DNA of 64,000 nt. Origin: Sphyrna mokarran (lineage: Eukaryota). Location: contig JAGIQG010000004.1 of assembly GCA_024679065.1 (NCBI GenBank), positions 54,932,001-54,996,000 on the forward strand. Direction: 5' to 3'. Position numbers and translations under genes: made by a program. The notes beneath the pieces are model-generated. The model was not told the DNA's origin. It saw nothing but the letters and a program-made list of their open reading frames with translations, and did not search any database. Each line of letters opens with the position of its first letter. Position 1 is the stretch's first letter. Positions 1 to 11,310 of this stretch are shown piece after piece.

Positions 1-1421
1 ACTTTAGTACTGTTTGGAAAGGTACAGTGACATGTTTAAAACAGAACATCCGTTGCACGCGTCTGTTGCTACAATTATATATTAAAACACGCGACGTTAA
101 GTAATGCTGCTATTGAATACTTGATACGTCCACAGTGTGTTGCAATGTTGCTACATTTAGAAACGGTATGTTCGCATTTCGAGAAGATCGAGTGAAATAC
201 GCCCACTGCCAAGTTCCAATCGTCAATACGCCTTGTCAATATTTAGCAAAGTATAAATGTAACTCAAAAAGAAAGTTACAAACCCCCAGCAAATAGTTTA
301 CACTCTATCAGCTTATCCAGATAAACCGCCAACACAGTAATCTTTTACATACCGCGCATACAGTTGTCTCTATTTGAGTTAGCTTAGCATTAAAATTAAT
401 TATACTATTTTGTTTCCATATTGAGCCAACTATTGTTTGTCAGGTAAGAAAATTAAATGTTAGGTAAACAGGAGTATTATGACAGTTGAACAATTGCCTA
501 TTTACTTACATTTTTCAGGATCCATCTCCTTCCGGTTAAATCTTTTATTGTCAGCCTAACTAAACGGATCAAATCCCAGTGGATTAAAAACAAACAATGA
601 ACATGGTTTCTTCCATGGAAGTATTTGAAGAAACAAATAAGACAACAGAGAAGGACGCTGCAGAAGATGCCGACTTTATGGAAGAAGAAAATGACAGTCT
701 AGCACTATAGGAGAATGACGCTTGGATGAAGAATACATGCTGTTTATTGCAAAATGGAATTCGATGCATATGCATAAAAGAGAACTTCGAGTGCTCTGGG
801 GAAAGAATCTGGATGGGAATAATTGGGCAATGCTGTTCAATTGCCAGCACGGGTCAAACGGTCACCTTCTCAGATACAGGATTCCACAATTCGACACAGT
901 GTCATGTGGAAATAGATGTTTGTAAAGCAAGAAACAACTCGAACCTACTTTCAGAAATTGATAGGGAAATCCAAGTATTCAGCTTCAACTGTTTTCTTCC
1001 AGGAGCATCAGCTGAACTGGACGTAATGCACTGGTTCAACGTAATGACGGGACGTATGAATCTACACACAGGTTTTTCTGTGTTACTGAACAAAGTGAAC
1101 ACTGATCATAAATTTGTAAAAGATCCTAGAAAATCGATTTTTTAAAATTTTATTTTACAGATAATTAAGTAACACGGGACACAATGTATCGTTATAGCCA
1201 AAGGAACATAATTGTCATTATTTTTAAAATATATTTATTTTTGACAAGAAAGTTATCTTTTCCAGAAAAAAAATTTCTTAGAATAACCGAGTAGCAAGAT
1301 AATGTATTGCATTATCTGATAGTCATGATGTCGTCCAGTAAAAACACTGTTGGTGCCGGCACAGCAGATGGACGCGATCAGGGTAGACCGTAGGCGTGAA
1401 TTCTGCGTCGAAATTCAATTG

Positions 1422-1586
1422 CTAATCGTTTTCCGCCTCCGTATAGCCAGTCTTTTTTGCCCCATTTTGCTTCGTTCTCCGCAGTTGGGCATATTCAGTG
1501 CACGTTTCTTTAGCTTTGCCTTTGTCTGAGCCGGTCAACGCTACACGTGAGTATATCAGGTCATTACCGACTTTCCTTTGTTGCGT
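1422..1586 (-). CDS. Receptor A exon 7, terminal coding exon with ITIM 2 and ITSM-like motif (TQQRKVGNDLIYSRVALTGSDKGKAKETCTEYAQLRRTKQNGAKKTGYTEAEND*)
   Basis: Acceptor gaccttgcag. The phase-0 frame yields LIYSRV and TEYAQL, with TAG at 1424-1422. Not in the ORF track. Confidence 0.8.
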   Translation of the reverse strand, partial: TQQRKVGNDLIYSRVALTGSDKGKAKETCTEYAQLRRTKQNGAKKTGYTEAEND

Positions 1587-4500
1587 CTGCAAGGTCAATG
1601 TTTAAAAATATTGTTTACTGGTTGCATCACAAGTCCCATAGTCCGTTGTTCAAAAAAAATTCATCAGAAGGGCACGCAGATCATCTTATAACAGCATAGG
1701 GGCAAAGTCAACAGAGACATATTTCCTGCTTTATCGCATGGGTATTGATGTTACACTGGTGTATTTTATTTCTCTGATCGGTTACTCGGCCCCACCTGAG
1801 AATACTCACCTTGTCACTTTTATGCTTTGGAGTTTTGCTCAAATCTAATGCAGCATAATGCACAAATCCAGACGCATTCTCCTGTTTGTGCAAAACGGAA
1901 AACTTTTGTTACGTGGCTTGTTCATTGTGTTCATCAGTTTACACTAATTTTGGTCAAACATTGAGCGGATTAACTTGGAATCCAATAGACGTGCACAAAA
2001 TATGATTAATTTACATTTTCTTAGTGCGAATATTAAGACACTGTACACTTCTCACTCCTATACCAAATATTTAAACCCACCAATTTCACTTGACGTAATT
2101 GTTATGTAAATGTTGAAACGGGCGCCAGCTTCATTACGTACAGGTTATCTCCGATCTGAATGCATAACTGAATTGATGAAAACTTATTAAGTATATTTTC
2201 AACGAGATAAGCCGTTCTCTTTTTTAAACTGTTCTAAACAGTTCATCACTGTTTGACAATAAAACACTCGATGGCAAGTAAATTTCCACATCCGATTGAA
2301 ATGTGGAATCTCATTGAGACAAACCAAGATGCGGAGATGCTGGCGTTGGACTGGGATGGGTTCAGTAAGAAGTCTCACAGCACCAGGTTAACAATTGATC
2401 TGATGCAGGAGCAGTGTCCCGAAACTTCGTGATTCCAAAAACAAAACCTGTTGGAATTTAACCTGCTGTTGTGAGACCTGTTACTGAGACAAAATAATTA
2501 CATTTATTTAATGGGCTTAAAATGGTCTGACGTGATTATATTCACTTTCCATTACATCAATCTTCTCTAGTGTTTCAACAAACTGCCTGTAAAATGAATG
2601 AACTTACCAGTTCCTGACTCCTGTTTCCTTCTGTTACACGTCCGTCTTTACCTAGAAATAATTGAAATTTAATGATATTGAAAGAAAAACGTTCTGAAAA
2701 TGATTCTTACGGACCCGAAATGTTTAGTCTGTGTGCCTCTGCACAGGCGCTATCAGAAGTGTTGTCCAGGATTTTCGGTTTTTCAACTCTTTTTTAACAT
2801 CAGAGATTGCCTCACATCAGAGATGGCCAGAAAAAAAAAGCCCAAGGTAATTTTCAATTTCGCATTGTGCGGAAAATAATTGAAATCCTTACAAGGAACA
2901 GGGTGCTTTAAAATATTTCGCGGAAACTACGGTAATACTACACATTCTACCAGAAATCGGGCAAGTACCGAACATCAACAACAATAATATTGCGTGACTG
3001 AGCAGGCCCGAGGAGCCGTCTGGCCTACTAATGCTACTGTTTTTTATGTAGCACTGTGCAGAACGCTTCCCGGACCACAGCCACGGTTAAATCTAATTGT
3101 AACTCCACCACGGAGCGGTTTGAAAACTTATTTTGTGTCAGAGTGTATTTCATTCATCTGGTTGCAAAAGGAAATGTGTTTGGAAACATCTAGATAATGG
3201 TTTTCATTACTTCTTTCTATGTCCTAAAACATATTTTCAACAATTAGTGCTTCCTCAAAGCTATACAACTCTTTTCAACTTTATCTCCGAACTGTCTTTT
3301 CTATTGCGTTCCCCGGAAACTATCAGTAGTCCCAAAGGTATGTACGAAAATCAAGTGTTATCTTACCTTCATTCTTCAGCATTTGTTTCCGCTTCGCAAT
3401 GACGATCGCAAGCACGAGGAACGACAATGCAACCAGCGCAATCAAATAGTAATGTAATGTCGGGGTATTTTCTGCAAGATTAATTGTAACATGAGGTAAT
3501 ATTGGATACTAAATTAAAAAAGGCTCCAAGACAGTTTATTATGTAAACCATAGTGATGGTTGCACCAACCCCGCAGTGTTCAACGGAAATAGAACGTTTG
3601 ACTAAAAAGCTTGTTTGCAGCTAAGGATCTGCAGTATCTTCTGCCTCGAATATTTGACGCATTATTGATGAATCTACGAAGACTAAAAGGCTGGAGTCAC
3701 ATGTAGGCCAGACCGGGAAAGGGTGACTGATTTCCTTTCCTCAAAGTCATCCGAGAGCCAGATGGGTTTTTGCGATGAATTATAGTTTCATGATACATTA
3801 CTGAAACGAATGTTTAGTTCAGTATTTATTAATTGGTTTTAAATGTCATGATGTGACTTGAACCGATATCCTCACAGCTTTAGCCTGCACGTCTTGAGTA
3901 ATAATCTAGTGGCATTAAAATCTCGCCACTATCTTCCCTTCGAAGTATGCCATTGGAGATAACCGGACAACACCTAAATGATTCACCCTTAACTGCCGCC
4001 TGAAAGGGCCTATCAAGCTACTCCATTTAAGGGCAATTAGGGATAAAGAATAAATATTGGCCTAACGAGCGACGTTCACATTCCATGAAAGAGTTTACTT
4101 CAAAAATACACTGAACCGGATATACAGCGTTTTTACCGGTTGCAGTTTAGATGAGATTTATGAGACTGATTTCAGTTAAACCCATTTTGATCTGTAAGTA
4201 GGATGAGAAGCTGGTCATTTGGTTATTCCAAATCTCTGCACTGAATGGAACCAAACTTATAAAAATATTGAAATCTCACGGCAATCAGCCCTTGCGCAAA
4301 CAACGGGCCTTCAGATCAAAGCAATAGTTTTCAATCAAGAGGGGTTCGCAACGATCAAGTTTAAAGCATTTTCACCAAAATAAACAGAAAGCGAAAAAGA
4401 CTAATAATATTCAGTTAAGAAATATTAAACTAGAAAATTTGGACGAACACTTAGTATTGTTCCGTTAGAAATAGAGCAATTTGAAAGCAGATACGTATGG

Positions 4501-6875
4501 ATTTTTGTTCTTATATGGGATGTGAGCATTGCTGACGAAGCCAGCATTCCCATTCCCAATGCCTCTGAACAGAACGGCCTGCTAGAAAGTTGCAGGGGCA
4601 GTTAAGATTCAACCACGTTGCTCTGGCTCTGAAGTCACATGCAAACCTGGCTGAGTAAGGAGGGACGTCCTTGCCTGAAGGACGTTCGTGAGCCGGATTG
4701 GTTTTTTACCACAATCGATGATAGTTACATGGTCACCATCACTGAGACTAATCTAATACTCGGTAGCTACTAATTGAATTATGTTTCCAGAAGCTGCTCT
4801 TGTGGGATGCGAATCCATATCCTTAGATTGATTACTAGCCTGAGTGCATGCTGGCTATATAAATCGATTTCAACACATTTCATTAAATTCAGTGTAAAGG
4901 CACTTTAATATTTCTGTTGATATTTCCCGTGGCATTTCTGTGATTATTAATATGCATAAAACTTACGAAAAAAAAAACACTATGAATTCTACTGTAGGTT
5001 GCTTTTCTTTTAGAACAGTTTTTCCCCTACCTCGGTTTGGTTTAGGAATCGTGTACACCACAATAGCCGGAGTCTTGAGGGTGACATGAGATACCTGGCA
5101 TGTATAATTGACGCCTCTCGGTACAGGCTGATTCTCAACAAAAGTGCTGGAAACCTCATACAGTCCGTCTCTGTTCTGCACTTTACTGGTGTGTGTTCCT
5201 GATGCAGTTTCGACGCCATTTTTATACCAAGTGAGGGTGTAATTTTCCGGATAAAATGCAGCCGTTTCACAGACGAGGATCAGAGGCGCAGTCGAATTCC
5301 CTTCAGTTACCCTGGAGAAAAGATTCAGTGGGGTTGGGGCAGCTGCGGAACAGAAAATGAACAAAGTACCTGTGCACGGTTTGGAAAAATTAAATATACT
5401 TTTGACGTTCGGTTAATGTCCTCACTCACTGGCAATTCTTATTTCCTGCATTTGAATATTACACACAAGATCAATATACAACTAATCCGTATAAAGACCG
5501 GCATTCGATCAACGACAATCATTTTTGAATTCCCTGTGGGACACAGGGTGAGGTGATTTGTTAATCAACGTTCTGTTAAAGCGGCTAGAGAATTGAATGT
5601 TGATGAGATTGTCTTCTCGCAGAGTTTTTACATACTTTATATACAATGATATGACAGATTGACGAATAATATTCATATTCTTGATGATGAAATAAGCATT
5701 TCAATGCTTCTTTAAAGTCGCATTTGATTGAACAAACTACTTTCAGTTGAATCAGCCGAAGTTTCACCAGCAGAGCGTCTCTTGTTAAATTATAGGCAAA
5801 ATATTGCAGATGCTGCAATCTGAAATAGCCTCTCTGTGTTTATTTATTTATTAGAAAATTAGTGAACTGGCAGCGATGTATGTCTGAAACTCCAATCTGT
5901 TGAGTAAATCGATTTGGTCAAAAGTTAAATATTGAATATTTGAATACGTGCCGTATCGTTCTTTGACATTTACTTTAAGGAATACTGGTATTCATGGACA
6001 ATTAAAACTAAGCCAAAAGCTTTGCATATTTTTCTTGGGAATGGCCCACTAGTATAAAAGATTTTCAGTTAGTTTTACTTTAGGAATTCATTCTGAATGC
6101 CGCCAATATAAATTGACTTTATAGTTGTGATGTGTTTGATAAATATTACTAATATGTTCAGTACTCTCCGAGTGGCATTGCTGGTATAATTTTAACGCTG
6201 AGGACACGAATATACAACTAACATCGCGAAATATGTTAATAGACATGATTTCACTAAGAAAAAGAATGCACATTCCTGATTGTTGTGTTTGATGTATTAT
6301 GGTGATCTCGTTCGCCTGTATTTCAATCTTACCATGTACAATTAGATGCGATCCGGTTCCATTTCGTTGATCTATTCCCCGACGGATCACGGTACAATGG
6401 TAGATTCCAGAGTCTTGCAATTTCACATTTACTAAGCGAAAGAAACCGCTCACTTTATTTTCCACGCCAAAAGTTTTTCTCTTGTCTGGGCTTGAATGCA
6501 GGAATTCACTCTCACCATGTTTCCACCAGAATACCCGTACCCAGGATTGGGATTGAAAAATGGGGAATATACAGTAGAAGGTGATGTTTCCCCCTCTGGA
6601 TACAATCGCTTCGACTGGTGCTTGAGACACACTGAACGAAGTATGGTCCGCAACTGTCAGAAAGATAGACAGACACAGGTTAATTGCAGTAGATACAACA
6701 TAAATGTCGAAAAGTGAAAGCATAATCTAGAGAGAGGAAATAAGGTTCTTTAAATTGATATGAAAACTACTTCCTCGGAAGTTATTAATCAAAGTAACAT
6801 GGCAAGTGAAAAACTAGTACCTGCATGAATAATTCCTCGGAGGACCAAGCATAAAAGTGCTATGATCGTTGTCAT
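1422..6875 (-). CDS. Receptor A: SIRP/NITR-like VJ-C1 Ig-superfamily type I membrane receptor, inhibitory form (357 aa, 7 exons)
   Basis: Manual splice assembly: join(6875-6821, 6653-6333, 5342-5031, 3471-3367, 2651-2608, 1881-1810, 1586-1422). All introns are GT-AG, phases 1,1,1,1,0,0, 1074 nt open to TAG. Signal peptide, V domain, C1 domain, hydrophobic TM and tyrosine motifs VHYAAL, LIYSRV, TEYAQL. Every splice site is conserved in the paralogous copy. No transcript evidence available. Confidence 0.88.
1810..1881 (-). CDS. Receptor A exon 6, cytoplasmic, ITIM 1 (ENASGFVHYAALDLSKTPKHKSDK)
   Basis: Acceptor caaacag, consensus donor AAG|GTGAGT, 72 nt, phase 0-0. Confidence 0.82.
2327..2486. 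mobile_element. Short fold-back element derived from Penelope-like terminal repeats (intron 5 of receptor A)
   Basis: 29-nt imperfect inverted repeats at 2363-2391 and 2458-2486. The right arm resembles the terminus of the Penelope remnant at 37870-37958. Degenerate hammerhead core CTGATGC...GAAA. Confidence 0.6.
2608..2651 (-). CDS. Receptor A exon 5, cytoplasmic spacer (GKDGRVTEGNRSQEL)
   Basis: Acceptor tttctag, donor G|GTAAGT, 44 nt, phase 1->0. Same length in copy B. Confidence 0.78.
3367..3471 (-). CDS. Receptor A exon 4, transmembrane (ENTPTLHYYLIALVALSFLVLAIVIAKRKQMLKNE), uncharged
   Basis: Acceptor cttgcag, donor G|GTAAGA, 105 nt, hydrophobic stretch followed by KRK stop-transfer. 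Confidence 0.88.
3690..3937 (-). mobile_element. Deu-domain (SacSINE1-like) SINE fragment
   Basis: Reverse complement of the element at 12450-12802 (ctggagtcacatgtaggccagacc...ccagatgggtttt). Confidence 0.7.
4512..4855 (-). mobile_element. Deu-domain (SacSINE1-like) SINE
   Basis: gggcagttaagattcaaccac...ctgaagtcacatg...gtgagccggattggtttttt, same family as 12450-12802. Confidence 0.7.
5031..5342 (-). CDS. Receptor A exon 3, C1-set Ig domain
   Basis: Acceptor ttccgcag, donor G|GTAGG, 312 nt. Motifs LVCETAAFYP, LTWYKNG, NRDGLYEVSS, YTCQVSH. Lies within ORF 4963..5364. Confidence 0.95.
6333..6653 (-). CDS. Receptor A exon 2, V-set Ig domain with J-like G strand
   Basis: Acceptor tttctgacag, donor G|GTAAG, 321 nt. 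Motifs ITFYC, VFWW, QDSGIYHC, NGTGSHLIV. Lies within ORF 6088..6723. Confidence 0.95.
6821..6875 (-). CDS. Receptor A exon 1, signal peptide MTTIIALLCLVLRGIIHA
   Basis: ATG at 6875, hydrophobic core, 55 nt ending in phase-1 donor G|GTACTA. Confidence 0.85.
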
Positions 6876-6879
6876 GATT

Positions 6880-7030
6880 TGCAAGGCTTCCAACTGTTGC
6901 CTCTGTGCTAACTGCGAACTTACAACTTTTTAAAATAGCTTGCTGTTCGTGTTCCTTCAGATTCGTCACAGCCAGGATGTTGATACATCACTTTCAACAT
7001 CCGGAAAGTGAGGTTTCAAAAACTACGCTT
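6880..7030 (-). promoter_or_regulatory. Putative proximal promoter of receptor A
   Basis: TATA-like TATTTTAAAAA about 55 nt upstream of the ATG. Overlapping ETS-like ACATCCGGAAAGTG at ~6997-7010 and GAAAGTGA IRF-like half sites. Largely conserved in copy B. Motif-level evidence only. Confidence 0.4.
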
Positions 7031-9527
7031 CCATTTTTAAGTGAGATTTTCTAATTTTTGCAACTACTTAGTTTCCTGGAATTACATATTTTACTGGCAG
7101 CACAAAGTAAGGGGAATATACATTTTCTAACACTGAATTTATGAACACTCTCCGAGTTGGTTTCTTTCCTGACAGGTAATGAACGAAAATAAATTGAGAA
7201 TACGCACCATTGTCATATTCAGACCTACTGTAAATAGGGACAGTTGTCTGGCTGTTTTTATATTGTACAACAGGTGGAGAGACATGATCTGAGAGCTGAC
7301 AACATGTGCACTATCTTCAGTGAGACCAGAAGGTTGGGAATATGTTGCTATTTTTAAGGAGAGCACAGTCGAATATGAGCTTTTTGAAGAGGATTGACGA
7401 CAATGGTATCCATGGGCATAAAGTCATCAAATAAGTCGACTGTTAGCATGTTAGCGGTGACCGGGACTGAAAAAGTGGGCGACAAGTTGTTCATTCGCAC
7501 GTAAACTTTGGCAGAGAAAATGGTTCTTAGATAATACGTGTTTAAAGTGTGTTTGGGGAAAAACACGAGAGGTTTCTGCGTTACAGAGTTTCTCGGTTAT
7601 GGTAGGATGCGGAGTAGCAATTTGGTTCGCTAGATAAATGGAAAAGAAGGGAGCTGTAGAAATCATTGGCTGGAAGATAATTTGATGACAAAGGATTCCT
7701 TGAACGTTTTGTAATATTCGCTAAGCGAGGAAGCTTGAGAGATTTAAGCAGAATGTTTTGGTTTGGGGGTAGGGAGGGTGAATGTGTAGAGTGGTGGGTT
7801 GTTTGAGATGAGCGTGGCAGTCGCGGTGCAGGCGAACAAAAAATTACTTATTGTTGCTCTCCAGAACAATTATCCAATAATGAGCAGTTGTGGCTGTGAA
7901 CGGTGAGACTTTGGGAAGCTTCTCTTGATTTAACCAGATGAAGCTTTGGATGGTTAGACCCGTTGTTTGTAAGAGCTAGTCAATCCTTTTGGAATTGAGG
8001 ATGCGAAGGTTAATGTTACACCAATATTACAGTAAGCATCCGAGAACGTGAGGCATTTAGTTTGACTACCTGCGCTTACTCTTTATATCCTTTCTTTTGT
8101 CAACAGAATTCCAAATTATTTCATTCGCGGAGTGCACTGTTTCCAATCTGTATCCCAGAAAGACATTTTGCTACAAAGCTGTATAATCTGTTCGCCATCA
8201 CAGGAATTGCCTTGTATGTTATTGTCACATGCTTCCTCTCAAAGTAATTTTTTGGATACAATTATTCAACCAGAGAGCATGCTTCATACTCAATGGTGTC
8301 TCATGCCCAGCTTAGTCGATTACGAGTTGGATGCTCACTCCGGAGGCTTCAACAGTTAATCTGAACTGCAAAATATTGCTTTGCTCGCCGAATGCTACAA
8401 TATTAGAGGTGTCGCATTTCAGATGAGGTGTTCTGTAACCGCAGCTGCTTCGTAAAACGACCTTTCCTTCTCCAGACCTTGCTTCCTGTTTTCTTTCACC
8501 TTTCTATGTAACGTTTGCACTTCGATGTGAATTGGGCCACATCGAAGATTAACTACTGCTATGGAGAGAACATCAAGATGAATGATGAAAAACGAGATAA
8601 AAATTGCACAGCCACCTGAGAGAGCCAACCGTCTTGATGTGAAGATGAGTTCGGAAATGGGAGAGATTGTGCCAGTTTCATGGAATTCAGTTATTCAGTT
8701 GGGTAGGAGACGCTGAGAACATTCTTTTTAGAACAGAAACAAGGAAGAATAAATGTGATAAAAATTTTTAAAACTATGAGTAGCTTTACAGAACTAAATG
8801 GAGAAATTGTTTCTCGGATTTGTAAGGTAAACACGCACATCTGTGATGATTATAAAGCAGTCAGAGGTGAGAAATATTTATGGGCTCTGCACTATAATCC
8901 CTTTTATTCCTTCAGGGATGTTGATGTCGTAGGAAAGATCACCATTTGTTACTCATCCCGAATTGCCCTATCAGAGCACAATCAAGAATCAACTATTTTG
9001 TTGTAGATCTGAAATCACAAAGGAGCCCTGTTAAGTATTGAATTCCATCACATTAAAACAAGTTGCAGGAGATAATGCTGGGGAAGAGAGAAAATATATA
9101 TGTTTATGTAAAACCGAGTTTCCGCGGAACTTTGAAGCTGCTGTCCTGCATTTGTATGGTACGGGAGCATTTTGATTTGTGCTGATGTGGATCGAGTATT
9201 ATATCTTAACAAAATGGATGTTTTGAGCAACAAATCACTAACCAGTACGAAAAAGCAAAATATATCCCCAAGCCGTGGCTTGACCAAATAAAAAGTCTTG
9301 ACCAATTGAAATGCACAATTATTACATTGAACAATATGAAGAGAAATACGGGGATGTCTAACAATAACAGGCCACAGAAAATTCGGAGCTAAACGCGAAC
9401 ATTCAAAAGTGAATAAAAGTGGACTTTTATAAGAAAACAATTACCAAATATATTGATAGAATACCAACACTTAATAGCAAATGTTCAAGTCAAATCGATA
9501 TGCATTAGCAGGACAAGCGAAATGGTG

Positions 9528-10940
9528 TCCTGTCACTAGTGGAGTGCCACAAGGCTCAGTACTAGGTCCTCTTCTATTTGTGGTCTACATAAACGACTTG
9601 GAAGTAGGGGTAGGTGGTGAGATCAGCAAATTTGCTGATGACACCAAGATGCTTGGATTGGCGGGTACAGAAGAGCAGTGTCAGGCAATACAACAGGACA
9701 TAGACAGGTTGGTAGACTGGGCAGATAGATGGCAAATGGAATTTAATCCGGAAAAATGCGAGGTGATGCATTTTGGCCGGAAAAATGTAGAAGAGAATTA
9801 TAGGATAAAAGGTAAAACTATACGGAGCATAGAGACGCAGAGAGACTTGGGGGTGCAGGTTCACAAGTCTCTGAAGGTGTCCTCACAGGTGGAGAAGGTG
9901 ATAAAGAAGGCGTATAGTATGTTAGCTTTCATAGAAAAGGGTATAGAATACAAGAGTAGGAGTTTGATGTTGCAGTTGTATACAACTTTGGTTAGGCCTC
10001 ACTTGGAATACTGCGCCCAGTTCTGGTCTCCGTACTATCGGAAGGATGTGGAGTCCTTGGAGAGAGTGCAGAGGAGGTTTACCAGGATGCTGCCTGGTAT
10101 GGAAGGACTGTCCTATGAGGAACGATTAGATAGACTGGGGTTGTTTTCCCTTGAAAGACGTCGGCTTAGAGGGGATCTCATAGAGGTGTATAAGATTATA
10201 AGGGGTATAGATAGAGTAAATGGAGGTAAACTTTTTCCACCTTTAGAAATGGATAGGACGAGGGGTCATGGCCATAGGGTGAGGGGGGCTATGTATAGGA
10301 CGAATATTAGAGGGCAGTTTTTCACACAAAGGGTAGTGGGGGTGTGGAATGCACTGCCGAGTAAGGTGGTGGGAGCAGGCACGCTGGGGCTGTTTAAGGG
10401 TCTCTTGGACAGCCACATGAGCGGTATGCAGATAGAGGGATATATTAGGACTGTTTAACTACGGCTTTTTTCCACAGGTAATTCGGTCCATAATTTTGAG
10501 CATGCATTCGGCAGGTGGTGCGGGTACAGCTCTTGGATGTTGATTCATGGGTTGCCTGGTACCTCATGTCGTAAATGAGTGCTTTATGTGGACCATCTGA
10601 AGGGCACCATGACAGCTCAGAGACTATCGATGTGGCTGTGCAGACACTTGGAATTGGGCCGGTGTCTGCGGGAGTTTGCGCGTTCTCCCCGTGGTTGCGT
10701 GGGTTTTCTCCGGGCACTCCGGTTTCCTCCCACAACCCAAAAATTCGCTCTTAGGCTGATTGGGTAACAAATTGTCCCTATGGTGAAAATTTTCCATATT
10801 AGGAATAATATATATATTATTATATAGGAATATTAAAATAGGATAATGTATTTGCTACTATTTGGTATGACGGCGGCGCGGGCTCGTTGGGCCGAAGGGC
10901 CTGTTTCCCGTGCTGTGTTGCTTAATAAAAAAAAAATAAT
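9528..10940 (+). mobile_element. Young 5'-truncated CR1-clade LINE with an uninterrupted RT C-terminal ORF, a V-SINE-derived 3' UTR and a 7-bp TSD
   Basis: ORF to TAA at 10458 with [36 protein letters not shown] aatggtg at 9521-9527 and 10941-10947. A-rich tail. Empty site in copy B at ~53413. Confidence 0.95.
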
Positions 10941-11310
10941 AATGGTGCTAACATTATCTTGATGTTCTTTATAACTTTCCAGTCAATTGTCCTTTCTGGA
11001 CTTTAAAAGCTTAATTAAAGCATATGGTTCAATACCTAAGTCTGGTGCAAAAACATATTAATTTTGTTTATCGCGCGACATTTGCAGAAGCAACTAATTC
11101 AGCGCGTTCCGATTTTCGGAAGTTGACAGAATTTTGCAACAGGCAGTTTTTTTTTGCATTCTCGGTATTCCCGATTTCTATATTTTTTTCTGCAAATTAC
11201 TGTTAGTTTCATAATCATTGGTATAATTAGACTATCCTTTTATATTTGGATTAATGTGTTTTGAAGAGCTTTTTGCTCAAATTGATGAAGCCATTTATCA
11301 AAAGCAATTC

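Noticed and set aside
726-1145. 139-aa plus-strand ORF
   Set aside because: No recognisable domain, and the paralogous region (44180-44590) is broken by indels and stops. Likely antisense to the 3' UTR/flank of receptor A.
1708-1809. C-terminal extension VSILRWGRV...EICLC from ORF 1708..1893
   Set aside because: It begins at a perfect donor (AAG|GTGAGT), and a motif-rich exon follows at 1586. Best read as intron read-through, although a retained-intron isoform is not excluded.
5031-6875. Rearranging or germline-joined Ig light chain / TCR gene
   Set aside because: No RSS heptamer/nonamer or separate J segments were seen. The C1 exon splices to a TM exon and an ITIM tail, which IgL and TCR chains do not have.
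9481-9527. N-terminus of the 325-aa ORF as a domesticated RT gene
   Set aside because: The ATG and first 15 codons come from flanking DNA outside the TSD. This is a chance in-frame fusion to a 5'-truncated LINE.
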